Source: Caecitellus pseudoparvulus
Lineage: Eukaryota; Protista; Bigyra: Bicosoecida
Assembly: GCA_965644315.1 (NCBI GenBank)
Contig: CBFFRQ010000038.1
Location: 248,001-312,000, forward strand
Direction: 5' to 3'
Length of the DNA: 64,000 nucleotides
The notes below the pieces were generated by a model. It saw nothing but the letters and a program-made list of their open reading frames with translations, had not been told where the DNA came from and searched no databases. The position numbers were made by a program, and so were the translations under genes. This document shows, piece by piece, positions 1 to 12,000 of this stretch; within the stretch, counting starts at the first letter, position 1, and each line of letters begins with the position of its first letter.

Positions 1-2862
1 CCTATTGGCAGTTCTGGGAGCACTACCCGCCGCGATGGCGCCGTGTGGGCGGTGCCTGTGTGGCGGGGCAAAGGCCGAAATGCGGAGTACGGCTCTGAAG
101 CTGTGTGTGCCGTGCATGACCCAGGGTTCCTAGTCGTGGGCAAGGAGAAGGGTGACATGGAAGCTTGGAACATCACCGCAGGGGGGAACCCACAGCGGTG
201 GGCAGTCACTGCGGGAGACTACATTTGGCATGCGGCTCCATGGCACCGAGGTGAATCCAGCGCGGCTGACAAGGAGCGCCGCAAGAGCATGGTGGCGGCG
301 ATGCAGACGTCCAAGGAGAAGGGCAAGTCCAAGAACCTGGAGCTGGACGAAGTGAACGTCGATCATGCCATCCTTGCGCCCGGCGGCATCATGGTCACAG
401 CCAGCCCTGATGGCCAGCTGAGAGGGTGGGAGCGAGCCACTGGCCAGCTGCAGTGGGTGGCCAAGCTGGACACAAGGGCCAAGTATGCAGAGGAGGTGGA
501 GCACATGGCCATCCTGGGAGAGGGCCGTGCAGCGCGCCTTCTATGCCTCGTGAACATGAACGAAGTTCTCACGCTGTCTGCTCTGCTGCCAAGCACGGGG
601 GAGGTGCTCTGGCGCCGTGCACTTGTGCCCAAGGTCAAGTACGAGTTGAGCGTCCTGGGGCTGGCTGTGTGCCCGAGTCGAGGCCTCGCCATCGCCCTGG
701 CCAAGCCGTACATGCCTGATCCTGAGGATGACGACTGTGCTGCCTATCGCTTGCCGCCTGCCGCGAAAGCAGAGGCCAAGTTGGACTATGACAACCCCCC
801 CCTTGTCATGACAGCTGTGGCGGTTGCAGAGGGCGCAGGTGGGGCTGCCGCAGGGGGCGCAGGCCCTCCAATCGTCTGGCACAGGGTCCTGCGCAGGCAT
901 GCCATGGACGAACGCAAGTTCCATGTTGTGGACAGCATGGGCAGGCTGATTGTCTGCGGCGACACACGCATCACCTGTATTCAAGTTGAGACTGGCGCAA
1001 AGGTGTGGTCCACTCCTCTGCCCACCGAAGGGAGCCTGTCCAAGTTTCAAGTTTCGCCCGATGCAGGGCGTATTTTGCTCATGGGGTGGGCGCCGAGTGG
1101 CAGAGGCATGCGTCTGTTGAGCATGGACATCGGTTCGGGCTCAGTGAAAGCGCGCCGCGAGCTGCCGACTGGCGCCAAATTTGAGATGGCTGCATCAGGC
1201 GCACTGGTCGCCGTTTCTGACCCCCGCACAGGCGTGTCGTTGTTCTCCGCTTCAGACTTGGCCCTCCGCACACAGCACCCATTCGCCTTCACGGGGGTTC
1301 CCAGTCGCCTCGTCTTTATGGAGACGCCGACGGCAGGGGGTTGCTGTGGTTGCTGCAGGCCAGGGAACGCGGGCCTGGCTGGCTCTGCATCCAGTGTCAC
1401 TGCCCCCAGCCACCTTGTCGTTCTGGGCACAGGCGGCGAGGTGATGCCTGTGTACTTGCAAGAGTTCCTTGGCCCGCTCCGCATCAGCTCCCAAACGGAA
1501 TGGGGCGAAGCACAGGAAGCCAAAGGCATCAAGCGCTTCGCTGCCATCCATGGCCCAAGAGTGGCTGCGTACTTGAGCGCCATTGGCATGCTCGTGAACT
1601 TTGTGCAGATGATTGGCTTTGCGTTCCAGTCGGCAGTCCCAACTGAAATGGAAGACAGTGCCGAGACCATTGACTCAGTGCAAGCCGTCGGCGTGGACTT
1701 CTTCGACTTCCTAGCCTTGTTCTTCTCCGTCATTGCCTTGGTCGCGGTGTTCCTCCTGATGCTCATGTGCTCGGAACGCGTGGAAGCGTGGTTCTTCCTG
1801 AACTCCGGCAAACCCCTGCCGCTGCTTACATGGAAAGCCATGTCAACGCTTGCGAGCCTCATGACGGGCACGCTGCTCATTCCAGTCATGCGTACCCTTG
1901 CTGCTGCAGTAGACTGTACGGATGTTGGAGGGAAGTTGGTGTGGGATGCGCACGGCAATGGCTCTGTGGAGTGCTTCGTTGGCAGCCACCTGGTGTACGT
2001 CGTCCTTGCCGGGATTGCCCTGGCCCTGTACATGCCTGTGGTGGTCCGGCTGCTCCGGGTGGACAGTGATCTGGCAGGGCTTGAGATTGACCTGGCACGG
2101 CCGTGGGATTGGACTGGGGATGACCAAAGCGAGCTGGCGCTGGAACACTTCCTCAGCCCTAAGCGCAGCTACTACCCCGTCGTCCAAGCAGTCGCCAAGG
2201 CGCTGGCATCCATCGTCTTTACCCTGTTTGGGCAACAGCGGCCGCTGCTTGCGTCTGGGACCGTCATTGTGCTGGGGCTCGTGTTGATGGCAGTGGGAGT
2301 GTTGTCTCCCCCCTTCCACTACGCAGGCGCCACCCAGCTGGGCACAGCACTGGATGCAGGTATCACATGGACATACGTGACCTCCTTTGTTGCAACTTAC
2401 GTCATCACGAATGCTGGTGGTGCCTCAGAAGTGGACTCCACAACCTCCCTCATCCTCACCATCACACCAGGTGGGATCTTGCTCGTCCTGCCCCTCGCGC
2501 TGGCGTTGCAGGCATGGTGGGGTAAGGCTTTGTGCGGCGCGCTGTGCCCATGTGTCTCATCTCTGCCCCAGTATGAAGACAAGGCAGGCCCTCCGCCGCC
2601 GCCACCCCCGGTCCAAGTCTCGAATCCCATTGCTGACACCGGCAGTGGCCCGGCACCCACCTCGTCCTCCTCACCAGGTCTGCCGATCAACAGCCTTCCA
2701 CTTGCAGCTGCCACTGAGCGCTTCGATGAGGTGGACGAGGCGGCTCTCGCAGCCATCTTGCAGAAAGGGCACGAGAGCGCAGACGAGGCTTCAGACAGCG
2801 ACAGTGGCAGCAAAGCCAGCAGCGCTGACGACGACGACGACGACGACGACGATGAGTGGTGA
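1..2862 (+). CDS. Beta-propeller (WD40/PQQ-like) protein with C-terminal multi-pass membrane domain; 5' truncated
   Basis: The frame is open from position 1. It has PQQ/WD-like blades (TASPDGQLRGWERATGQLQW, PSTGEVLWRR, VETGAKVWST), then about 7-8 hydrophobic helices with an extracellular DCT..W..VECF..H loop, and an acidic tail. Confidence 0.75.
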   Translation, partial: PIGSSGSTTRRDGAVWAVPVWRGKGRNAEYGSEAVCAVHDPGFLVVGKEKGDMEAWNITAGGNPQRWAVTAGDYIWHAAPWHRGESSAADKERRKSMVAAMQTSKEKGKSKNLELDEVNVDHAILAPGGIMVTASPDGQLRGWERATGQLQWVAKLDTRAKYAEEVEHMAILGEGRAARLLCLVNMNEVLTLSALLPSTGEVLWRRALVPKVKYELSVLGLAVCPSRGLAIALAKPYMPDPEDDDCAAYRLPPAAKAEAKLDYDNPPLVMTAVAVAEGAGGAAAGGAGPPIVWHRVLRRHAMDERKFHVVDSMGRLIVCGDTRITCIQVETGAKVWSTPLPTEGSLSKFQVSPDAGRILLMGWAPSGRGMRLLSMDIGSGSVKARRELPTGAKFEMAASGALVAVSDPRTGVSLFSASDLALRTQHPFAFTGVPSRLVFMETPTAGGCCGCCRPGNAGLAGSASSVTAPSHLVVLGTGGEVMPVYLQEFLGPLRISSQTEWGEAQEAKGIKRFAAIHGPRVAAYLSAIGMLVNFVQMIGFAFQSAVPTEMEDSAETIDSVQAVGVDFFDFLALFFSVIALVAVFLLMLMCSERVEAWFFLNSGKPLPLLTWKAMSTLASLMTGTLLIPVMRTLAAAVDCTDVGGKLVWDAHGNGSVECFVGSHLVYVVLAGIALALYMPVVVRLLRVDSDLAGLEIDLARPWDWTGDDQSELALEHFLSPKRSYYPVVQAVAKALASIVFTLFGQQRPLLASGTVIVLGLVLMAVGVLSPPFHYAGATQLGTALDAGITWTYVTSFVATYVITNAGGASEVDSTTSLILTITPGGILLVLPLALALQAWWGKALCGALCPCVSSLPQYEDKAGPPPPPPPVQVSNPIADTGSGPAPTSSSSPGLPINSLPLAAATERFDEVDEAALAAILQKGHESADEASDSDSGSKASSADDDDDDDDDEW
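2827..2853 (+). repeat. (GAC)n microsatellite encoding poly-Asp
   Basis: A gacgacgac... run encodes 9 Asp just before the stop codon. Confidence 0.9.
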
Positions 2863-2919
2863 TGAGAATGAATTTACACACATTGAATGAAGTATAGGCA
2901 TGGAAGTCATGTAATCAAA

Positions 2920-4660
2920 CTACTCTGACACGGCAGGCAAGCCGCGAGCAGTGGTAGGGATGCCGTGAGGGACGGCCATGGGCGTCTGTGCGCCGCCTCC
3001 TGTAGACCAGCCGTCCACACTGTTCTGCTCACTTGTCACCAAGGTCTGTCGGCTGCTCGCAAAGGTTCGCAGAGAAGGCACGTACGACATGGCCCCGGAT
3101 CGTTCAGCTGATTGGCTGGTCGCGACGCTGGCGGCACCAGCCGACAGAGGCTCCTTCACAGCGGAGGGAGCTGGGGCAGGGCTCCACGACGGGTCCGTGA
3201 ACCACGGGTGCTTGGCCACCTGCTCAAATGTCGGCCTGTCCTCTGGGCGCACAGACATGCACCAGGCGATGAGGTGCGTCAGGGCGGGAGTCTTGTTGCG
3301 GGGCCAGCGCCAGCGCCGCACCGCATCACGCCCCTGCCAGACAGCATGGCGCGGAGCACACACCTCCTCCTGCAGCGCATGTGGCTGGGTGTCGGCGATG
3401 AAAGACCTGAACCGGTCGTTGTTCACGCAGGGGGCCTTGAAGGGCATGCTGCCCAGCACCAGCACGTACAGCGTGACGCCGAAGCTCCACACGTCGGCAG
3501 CACATGCATCGTACGCCTGGCCCTGCAGCTCCTCCATCTTCTGCCTGCCCCACAGGTCTCTGAAGGTGTCTGGGTCCGTGAACATGAGGTTGCGTTGGTA
3601 CACTTCTGGCGGCGCGTAGCGCATGGAGCCGACAGGGGAATACCCTACCACCTTGTCGCCCTCCCTGGCCATGGCAGCATACCCGAAATCACACATCTTG
3701 ACGATGGGGCGGTCTGGGAGCAAGTCTGCCGCGTGCACCTGTGCCAGGATGTCGTCCTTTGGGAGCAGTGGCGGGGGGCCCTGCATCGTAACGCCAGCCT
3801 GCCCACTGCCTTGTGTCGTTGCTCCGCCTCCAGGGCTCAGGGGAGGCAGCTTGCTCGGCACCGGCAGCACACGCGGGTCTGCTTGAGAACACAGCAGTAA
3901 ATTCTCCGGCTTCAAGTCCCGGTGGGCAATGCCCTTGGAATGCAAGTGTGCGCCGGCTGTGAAGGGAGCGGAAGCAAAGACACGTCAGACGGTGGAAAGC
4001 GACGCAGCCGTGGTGGCACCCTCACGCACCAGACGCCACTTGCAGCATCCATTCCCGAGTTCGGTGGCCATTTCCAAGTCCACGGGAGGGGGAAGTGTGC
4101 AACACCTCCAGCATGTCGCAATATGCGAGCTCCAGCGCAAGGACAAAAACGCCGTCCGGCTTTTGGTGGGCGGCGTGCCAGTGCACCAAGTGAGGGTGGT
4201 GTCCTGCCGATTGAAGCTGTGAAAGCGGACAGGTAACTCGTCAAGCATGCTGCAGCAGCATTGTCCCCAGGCAGAGCAGGAAAGCGTGCCTCCTGGTCAG
4301 AGCCCAGGAGCAGGGCAGGCGGCGGGGCGGCACGTACAGCGCGCAGCTCCACGTGCTTGTGCTTGTTGCGGTCCTTAGGCATGACCTTGATGGCAGCAGG
4401 CCAAGTATTGTAGGTCCCCTTGTAGATGGCAGCCTGCCCGCCCTGCTGCATGTCTGTGGAGCGGGAAGTGCAAGGGCGGCCCGTGGGTGAGGCAGCTTCC
4501 CAGCCCCAGCACGTGCGCAGAACTCACGGCTTCCGTGGTACACGATGGAGTCCCGGACCCTGGATGACGAGCCAGCACCAATGCTACCAGAGGATACTGA
4601 CCGCACGTGGGTGGGCGACGCGGGCGTGTGCTTGCCGCTCTGTGCTGCAGGCGCCTGCAT
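2920..4660 (-). CDS. Ser/Thr protein kinase (CAMK-like), 4 exons
   Basis: Spliced model: IVYHGS|HMQQGGQAAIYKG..AAIKVM..VELRA|LQSAGHHPHLV..LELAYCDML..VAS|AGAHLHSKGIAHRDLKPEN..DFG..GSMRYAPPE..DVWSFG..RPT. The three introns have gtgagt, gtacgt and gtgcgt donors and cag acceptors. Confidence 0.9.
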
Positions 4661-5059
4661 GGCTCCGAAGCGTTGGACAGGCGCAGCTGAAAGGGGGAGA
4701 TCAGCGCCTTCAACCTCGCAAGCTGAGAGGCTTGCACTGGCAGGTCTTCAACGTAGACCTGTAGCCTGAGGGGTTCTCTGACCACGCCAGGCAGCCCTGG
4801 TTTCCGACTTCATGCAGCACCTCCAGAGTACGTCAACTGGCCTTGATGGTCGATGATTTGCGTTGTCTGCGGTGCCTTTTACCCGAGGCGGGGAGGTTGC
4901 GAGGGGTGTCTGAGGGGGGGTCGGAGGTGGCGTGCATCAAGCCGAAGCACAGGCAAAACTAGATGTACGCAATCCCGGCCGCATCCCAGACACGCCAGGG
5001 ACTTGCCCCGACCACCTCTCTCCTCCTTGGGCAGAGCACTTTCTGCACTCGTCAACACG

Positions 5060-5833
5060 ATGAGCGGCGGCCTGAGCATTGCCGAGCGCCGGAAGCTCTT
5101 CGAGAAGCCGAAGGAGGCGAAACAGACACCAAGTCCTGCTCGCAAGCCAGTGAAGTCCTCTGGCAGCATCGAAAAGCTTCGGAGGCAGTTTGCGAGCAAG
5201 TCGAAGGAGGCGGATGCAGCAACGCCAGACAAGCAAACCGAGCCAGCTAAGCTAGCCAAGCCAGACAAGCCAGACAAGCCGGCAGCAGCTGCGAAAGCCG
5301 CCACGCCGCCAGCCGTGGCGGCGAGGACAGGCAGCAAAAGCACGGGCGGAGTAACACGTAGGCGGTCCAAAACCCACGCGCATGTCGGCAGTGTGGGAGG
5401 CTTGGCTAGCATGCTGGAAGGCAACATGTGAGAACTGGCGTGTTGGCAGCGGCACGCTACGCCAAGCACCTGCGCCAAGCCATTTCCCTATGCACGCGCT
5501 CCACAGCCACTTTGGCACACCACCACCATCTCACACACGATCTGGGCGCTCAGCAACTGTCGCTGCTCCATCCAGCGCTGGGCGAGCCAAGGGCGTGACG
5601 CTTGTGGAGGACGTCACCCAGGACGGCGAGCTGGCTTTGGTGAGTGCAACAACGTTGTGCAAGGCGGGGGCGGCATGCGATCATGTCAAAAACGATGGAT
5701 GCAAGCTCACTTTGCATGCGGTTCGCAGCACGGGACTAGGCGCGAGACGAAAGCTCGGCCTCGCCGCAAGGCTCGCAAGAGCGTCGCTGTTGCATCAATG
5801 GCACAGGGCTTCAGCATCGATGAGGAGGCCTAA
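5060..5833 (+). CDS. Small basic low-complexity protein, 3 exons (possible actin/capping-protein-associated)
   Basis: ATG at 5060 (MSGGLSIAERRKLFE). Introns at about 5428-5507 and 5640-5728 give a continuous frame ending FSIDEEA-TAA. Confidence 0.6.
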
Positions 5834-6098
5834 GGGGAGAAGGCTAGGAAGGGGTGATGCAGAGCTGACGTGGGCATGCCCGTCGACTTCAATCTCGTGC
5901 GTGTGGGCCGTGGGGCGTCTGGCGAGGGCCAACAGATAGTCAAGCTCAAGCTCCTGCCTCGGGTAGCAAGAGCAGTTGCACCGACGTGGATTGCAGCACC
6001 TGTGGTGCCAAGAGGCATTGTTCGTGCTTGGCCGGGTCACGTGGAATGTCCTGTCCCGTTGCATTCGGCAGTAGGCCTGGGCTCTTGTGTCATCTGCG

Positions 6099-8437
6099 TC
6101 ACACCGCCCCCACCAGCACCAACAACACAAAGGCACACGCCGACACGCCAAACACCAGGATGGGCCATGCCACACGAGCACTGGACCACCACCCCAAGTA
6201 CGGCGAGTCCCCCGACACCTGCCCAGGCCCCGGCATCAGCGGCATCATGTGCACAGGTAGGTCACGGCGGCGGGCCGAGGCGCAGCAAGCCCCGCTGCGC
6301 ACCTGCTGCAGCGCGTGGCCGCATGCGGCACAGCCTGTGGTGATGCGCAGGGAGCCATCGCGCTGGCTGCCGTCCTGCACGGGGGGGTCACCCTGCAGGA
6401 TGCCGGCACAGGGCTTGGCACCGCCTGCGCCCCAAATGCACCTGGCCGCGTAGTTGGCGTTGAGCCACAGCCATGGCGGTACGATGAAGGCGATGATGAT
6501 GCCCACCAGGCCCGTGAAGTCCAGGACCGTGGCAAAGTCAGGCACCAGCAGCGCACCCACGACGGGGGGAATGCCACCTGCCAGGCGGAAGGCCACCACC
6601 GTCATCCAGGACGAGTCCTCCACCTTGGCCACCGCGGGGCCGTACCAGGCAGCCATGGTGTTGGAGGCCAGGGTGATGACGGAGATGGAGGTGACGGTGA
6701 CGACATCCAGGGCAGGGAACAACACCACCAGGTACGACAGCACGCGCAAGCCGCTGTGTCCCTGCCCGTAGGCGACCCAGTTCAAGTTGGAGGACTGCTG
6801 CGTCGCTGCGCCGAAGAAGAGGGTGATGGACGCTGCCAGTGCCAAGTACGCAGCCGTCGTGAGCATGTACGTCCAGCTGTACACGAACACCATGCGGGTC
6901 TTGCTGCGGATGGGCTGCACCAGGACGGGGATGGCCACGTGGAACAGCTGGCTGTACACGGCGATGGGCAGCATGCGCGCCAGCGCCTGCAGGGTCAAGC
7001 CCTGCACGCCAGTCCATGTCTGGGTGTGGGTCAGCTGCATGTACCCGCCGTTGGGGCAGGCGGAGGTGCCGTTGGCGTCGCCCAGTGCACAGTGCGGCAT
7101 GGTGCCAGCGCCTGCAGGGTCAAGCCCTGCACGCCAGTCCATGTCTGGGTGTGGGTCAGCTGCATGTACCCGCCGTTGGGGCAGGCGGAGGTGCCGTTGG
7201 CGTCGCCCAGTGCACAGTGGGGTGCCCCCACCGCCAGGCCGTTGTCCTTGTCATGGAAGGTGAGGGGCTGCCACCCGGCGCCGTCCCCGCCCGTGGCAGA
7301 GCCGGCCAGCACTGTGCCGACCATGACACTCATGACGGTGAGGCGGAAACCCGTCATGAGTTGCTGCACGACCTTCTGCTCCTTGATGTCGAAGCAGGCC
7401 ATGCCCAGCACGACGACGCCGAAGAGGATGACGTACACTTGGTAGGTGAGGGTGGTGGCGCCGCCCAGGAAGGGCAGGGGGAGGTGTGCCTGGCACGCCA
7501 GGCCGAAGACGTTGGCGTACGCCCAAATGGCGCCGACGAGGTACAGCGCGACGAGGGACACGTAGCACCGTTGGGCTGTGACGCCACCCATGAACATGCC
7601 CGCCAGCTCCACGATCTCAAACTTCCGACGGCTGATGCGCAGGAACGGGTGCTTCACAGGGTCGGCGGCGGCATCTGCTGGCGTCGCTGCCAGGTGGCTC
7701 TCCTCGGAGCAGGCGGTGGCCATGGCGGCGGCGCAGTGCTTGCCGCAGAGCAGGCGGGCGAGGGAGACGGGGGCCCGGCACAGAGTGCACGTCCGTGCAA
7801 GCGTGGCTTCTTCAGGGCCAATGACAGTGGATGTCGTGGAGTTGGACGACAGATTTCGGCGCGGTTTGGCGGTGTCTGGGCGGCTCAAGTGCAGGCTGGA
7901 ACCCACGGAAGCCGACTCACGCAGCACAGGCGGCGGGGACTGCAGCTGGCCTTGGCTTGAGCTCCCTGCGTCAAGCTCGGGCACAGGGTCCCCATCTGGG
8001 CTTGCTGCAACAGTTTCCTTCGGGTCTGCAAGGGTGTACGCTCGCCGTGTGGCGGCTTCTGCGATGGCCATGACCTCCACCGTCATCATGGCCGTTGCTA
8101 AGGAAATCCCCGTGATGAGGAGCAGAATGATGCAGCCCAACCCTACACCAGCCTGACTGAAGGCCCATGGGATTCCAAGGAAACCGCTCCCCATGATGAA
8201 GTTTCCATGGAATGCCACTGCTGAGCACAAGTCTATGGCGCGGGAGTGTGGGGCTTGTGTGGTGGACGTGTTGGTTGACTCGGTCGCCGCATCAGCTGAG
8301 CCCTCGTGCCCTGCTTGAGCAACTGAGGGGGTTGGAGATGGAGGTGTGGAGGGCTCATGGTACTTCACCAGTCGATCTCTGCGGGGCACGGCTTCCGTGG
8401 GGTTATCGGCAAACCGAAGCGGCGCGATATGCTGCAT
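6099..8437 (-). CDS. Amino-acid transporter (AAAP/SLC38, TMEM104-like), interrupted by a 125-bp duplication
   Basis: TM1 motif NFIMGSGFLGIPWAF..AG, plus KFEIVELAGMF, LYLVGAIWAY, LFPALDV and many TM helices. The two ORF-track frames join across the duplication at 6979-7219. Confidence 0.85.
6979..7219. repeat. Exact direct tandem duplication, 116 bp x2 with a 9-bp spacer (period 125)
   Basis: 6979-7094 is identical to 7104-7219; the spacer is cggcatggt at 7095-7103. Confidence 0.95.
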
Positions 8438-8631
8438 GAGCCGACAACAACGACAGCCTCTAGTACGCACACGAGGGGTGTTTCGCTTCCCGGCCCCATT
8501 ACTATATCTTGGGTGGAGAGTGGGCCCTGCATGGCTGCCTGGCCGGGTTCCACCTGCTGAGCCTACCCGATGGGCGGTGCAGTGTTTCTCTCGGGCCAGG
8601 GCATTCACGCTGCCGCCTCGCCTTCCGTGGA

Positions 8632-8875
8632 TTCCGCACGTTTGCAGGATCCCGAACGAAGTCAACTGAGAATGAAATGGAGCAGAAGAGGAAGGACGAT
8701 GAAAAATCCTCCCGTCAGCCTCCCGCCCTACAGCCCGGTGTGCGTCTGAAAGGCAGAGATACCTTGCTGCTGCGAAAGACAGGCAAGTTTGCGGAATTCC
8801 GCACTTTGCACGTTCCTCTAGATCGACTCGGAAGGTGCTCGAGTGATCGCCACCAGGGGTACACAGTGTGCGGAA
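8632..8875. promoter_or_regulatory. Cluster of four TGCGGAA motifs, including the palindrome TGCGGAATTCCGCA, upstream of the transporter
   Basis: Copies at 8632-8638(-), 8790-8796(+), 8797-8803(-) and 8869-8875(+), all in intergenic DNA. Confidence 0.35.
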
Positions 8876-9044
8876 AAGACCCAAACTGGCGTAGGAATGC
8901 TGCTGTTGCATTGTTGAATTGTTCCCCTTTTTCCTTTTGCGCTGCTTCGCTTTCGTCGTAGCGAGAGGGAGACACCAAGGGTCCACGTGACAAGACGAGC
9001 CAGCTGTGCACCCTCCTTGACGCCAACGCACTCAACACTACTGT

Positions 9045-12000
9045 TCATCGCTTCACAGGGGCGTTGCGTTGGGCAGCGCCGAACGAGAATGCTGCTGGAG
9101 TTGGGTATCGGGAATCCCCAAGCAGCCCGGCTCCGATTGTGCCCGGAGGTTGCGCAAGGTACCGCGTTTTCTCCAGCTGCACCTTTGCCAAGGCGCGAGA
9201 GGATGACGTGGAGCTTGTTGACGCGCCATGTTGCACCCCCAGGCGTGAGGCTCCCAGTGGCACGGGCCTGGCAAGCGCCCCAGCAGTGCTGCTGCGATGT
9301 GTCGCACTGGGCATGGCACTTGTGCCCAAGAGGCGCGCCCGCGGGCTTGTCCTGGACATGGTCGCTGCAGCCTCCCGCCGTGTCGTCTGCATGAGCTTTG
9401 CTGTGGCTTGCGGCGAGCTGAACGGAGAGGCCGACACTGCGCGGAGCTTGGCGCCCGTTGTGACGGGGCGTTTCATGCGGCGCCTTCGCTGCGCAGGAGA
9501 AGACTGCCTCGCGGCGCTTGCACCTGCACGCCACGTGGTGGGAGGTGCTGGTGCAGCAGGGCTCCCCGCTGCCACCCGCAGTGGGCCATCCGGGCCCGTC
9601 AGCCGTGGGCGGGAGCGGAAGCCACCCGTGCTGCCCATGCTGGAGCTCAGGCTCGCAGGGCCCAGGTTTTCCGCCACTGACGCGTGGCGCTGCTCCTCTT
9701 GGAACATGACGTCTTCCTCCTCTTCGTCGCTGTGCACACCATCGGGCATGACAGGCGTGAACACCGCCGCGCCGGCATGTGCGCTGCTCCGACTGGGTTG
9801 CCTGGCGCCGGGCGGCAGCTCATGCGCTGTCGTGACGTACCCGACCAGCGTCCCGTCTCCCATGACCACAGCGCCGTCTTTGAAGTGCGGGGTGGGGAAG
9901 TAGTGCCCTGGCCCCGGCACGCCCTTGCCAGCCTTCAGGCGGTCAGCCACGGGCTTGATGAAGCGCTTGCTGGAGCGGGAGAAGGTGTAGGAGGGGCTGG
10001 AGGCACGCTTGGACAGAGCCTGGGGGCCAACGGCATCGGCAGTGGCCTGGGAGTAGGCGCCTGGCCCGGGGGAGGCCGCGTCTTCGAAGATGCCGCCTGG
10101 CTTCAGCCGGTACTGTGGCTGAGCGCCCTGCGCAGTGTCTGGCGCGCCGCGTGGCTTCAAGGACAGGGAGCCCCCGGGGATGCGGGCGTACTCCTCACGT
10201 CGCCTGGCTTCCCCTGCAGCCTCTGACGCGGCTCGTGCTGCCAGGGCCCGCTGTTTCCTGGACTTGGTCACGGAGTTCAGCGCGCCACCGGCTGCGAGAG
10301 CAGAGCCCACCATGTCCGCCGCCTCGGATGACACGGTGCCGGCTGAAGCAGTCGGGCGGTGCTGCGAGGCCTTCACGGGCGAGGGAGCGGGCGTGGCGGG
10401 GGGCAGCACAGTGCCCCGCCGCCGTGCCGCCAGCTGCTCCCTGTGCCGCACCAGGGGCGAGGCCGCCAGTGCCGCGTCGCCCATGACGACCTTCCCCGAG
10501 TTCAGGAGCAGCATGGGGTCGCCATACTCGTCTTCGAGCAGCTGCCCACCTGCGGGGGGCGCGCCCAGGCCTCCGAAGGTGCTGCTGGGCGCAGCCCGGA
10601 AGCGGGACATGGCGCCATGGGGCAGGTCTTGTAAGTTGTACTGGCCGGGGCCGGGCGTGTGCTGGCCAGTGCCGCCCTGTGTCGCCGTCACGCCCGAAGC
10701 CGCCGCTGCCTGCTCCCTGCTGGCCTTCTGGAAGCCTGCCTGGGACACTGTGGGGCGCGCCGGCAGCCCACGTCCGCCAACGGGCGTCACACCCCGCTGC
10801 TGACCTGGGGCGACGGCGCCCGGCGTGGCGGCGCCGCTGGGCCCCTTGCCAAGCAATGCAGCGGTGCCAGGTGCGCGGGCTGTGGGGGCAACAGTGGTGG
10901 GGTGCAGCACAGGCGACACGACGGGCCGGGACAGCACCGCTGACAGGTTCAGGGTGTGCACTGGGTAGGCGCCAGGGCCGGGGTCGTCAGACTGTGGCAC
11001 GATGTGGGAGGCCACATGCTTCACAACGGAGGAGCCAAAAGCGGGGGGGCGGCTGGCTGTCGAGGGACCTGCCGCCTCCCCTAGCCGGCGCAGCATTTGG
11101 CGCTCCCGATCTCGGGCAATGGTGGCTGACAGGGAATTCCCCGCGAAGCGCGGGGTGGGCCGGGACCGTTGCCGGGCAGAGGTCGTCTGGGGCCGCACAC
11201 TGCCGTGGGCAGGGAACAGTGCAGGGGACTCCTCAAAGGTGCCAGTCCAGGTTGGTGAGGGGGAGTAGGCGCCGGGGCCAGGCGAGTCCCGCCCTGCGGC
11301 CGGCTGAGCAAAGCGGGCGGGGCCTGAGCCAATGCTCACGCCCCGTGTCCGGGCCATGCGGCTGTTGGCGGGGTTTCCCGAGGTGGGTTCCCCAGTGAAG
11401 CCTTCTTTTGCCAGGGCTCGGGCCTTGAAGCTCGCCGCCCGAGCGCGTTCGTCGCGAGAGGAGGGAGCGGCGGTCGCGCTGCGTGCCGCTGCACTGGCTT
11501 TGCGCATGGCGTGTGCGGTGTCGTAGTCCAGAGCAGAGTGCCCTGCTCCCGCAACGGGCGTGTGCGTGGAGTCCCCTCGCTCTGGCAGGTTCCCCACACT
11601 GAAGGTCGTGGAGAGGGCGGCATTGGGCCCGAGGAACACCCCCGCCGGGCTGCCGAAGCGAGCGGCCGAGCCGAAGGAGTACTGTGGCGCCGACTGGCGG
11701 CTGGACACGACCTGCTTGCCCACACTGTCATGCGCGAGGGTAAAGTCGGGGCCCTCGGCAGGCCGTGTGGGGAAGCGGGGCGTGCTGTTGCGGAGCAGGG
11801 GAGGCGGCAAGTGAGCCGTGCTGCCTCGTGCAGAAGCCTGGCTGGGCGAGCCAGCACGACTGCGGAAACGCGTCGAGGAAGCAGTGCCCGACAAGCCAAC
11901 ATGCTCTTCGTCGCTGTCTGTGGTATCTGCCAAATCTGGCTGCACTGGCAGGGAGCTGTCGCCTGCCGGCGCAGCGATTGGCTCTTCCCGCCCACTTGCG

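Noticed and set aside
2865-2918. TGTAA as a polyadenylation signal on both strands between convergent genes
   Set aside because: It occurs here and after 61138 but is absent downstream of most other stop codons.
8438-9031. 5' extension of the transporter ORF, and a plus-strand ORF beginning MEQKRKDD (about 8678-8961)
   Set aside because: The region has lower GC and non-coding-like composition with no recognisable domain or ncRNA motif; I treated it as intergenic.
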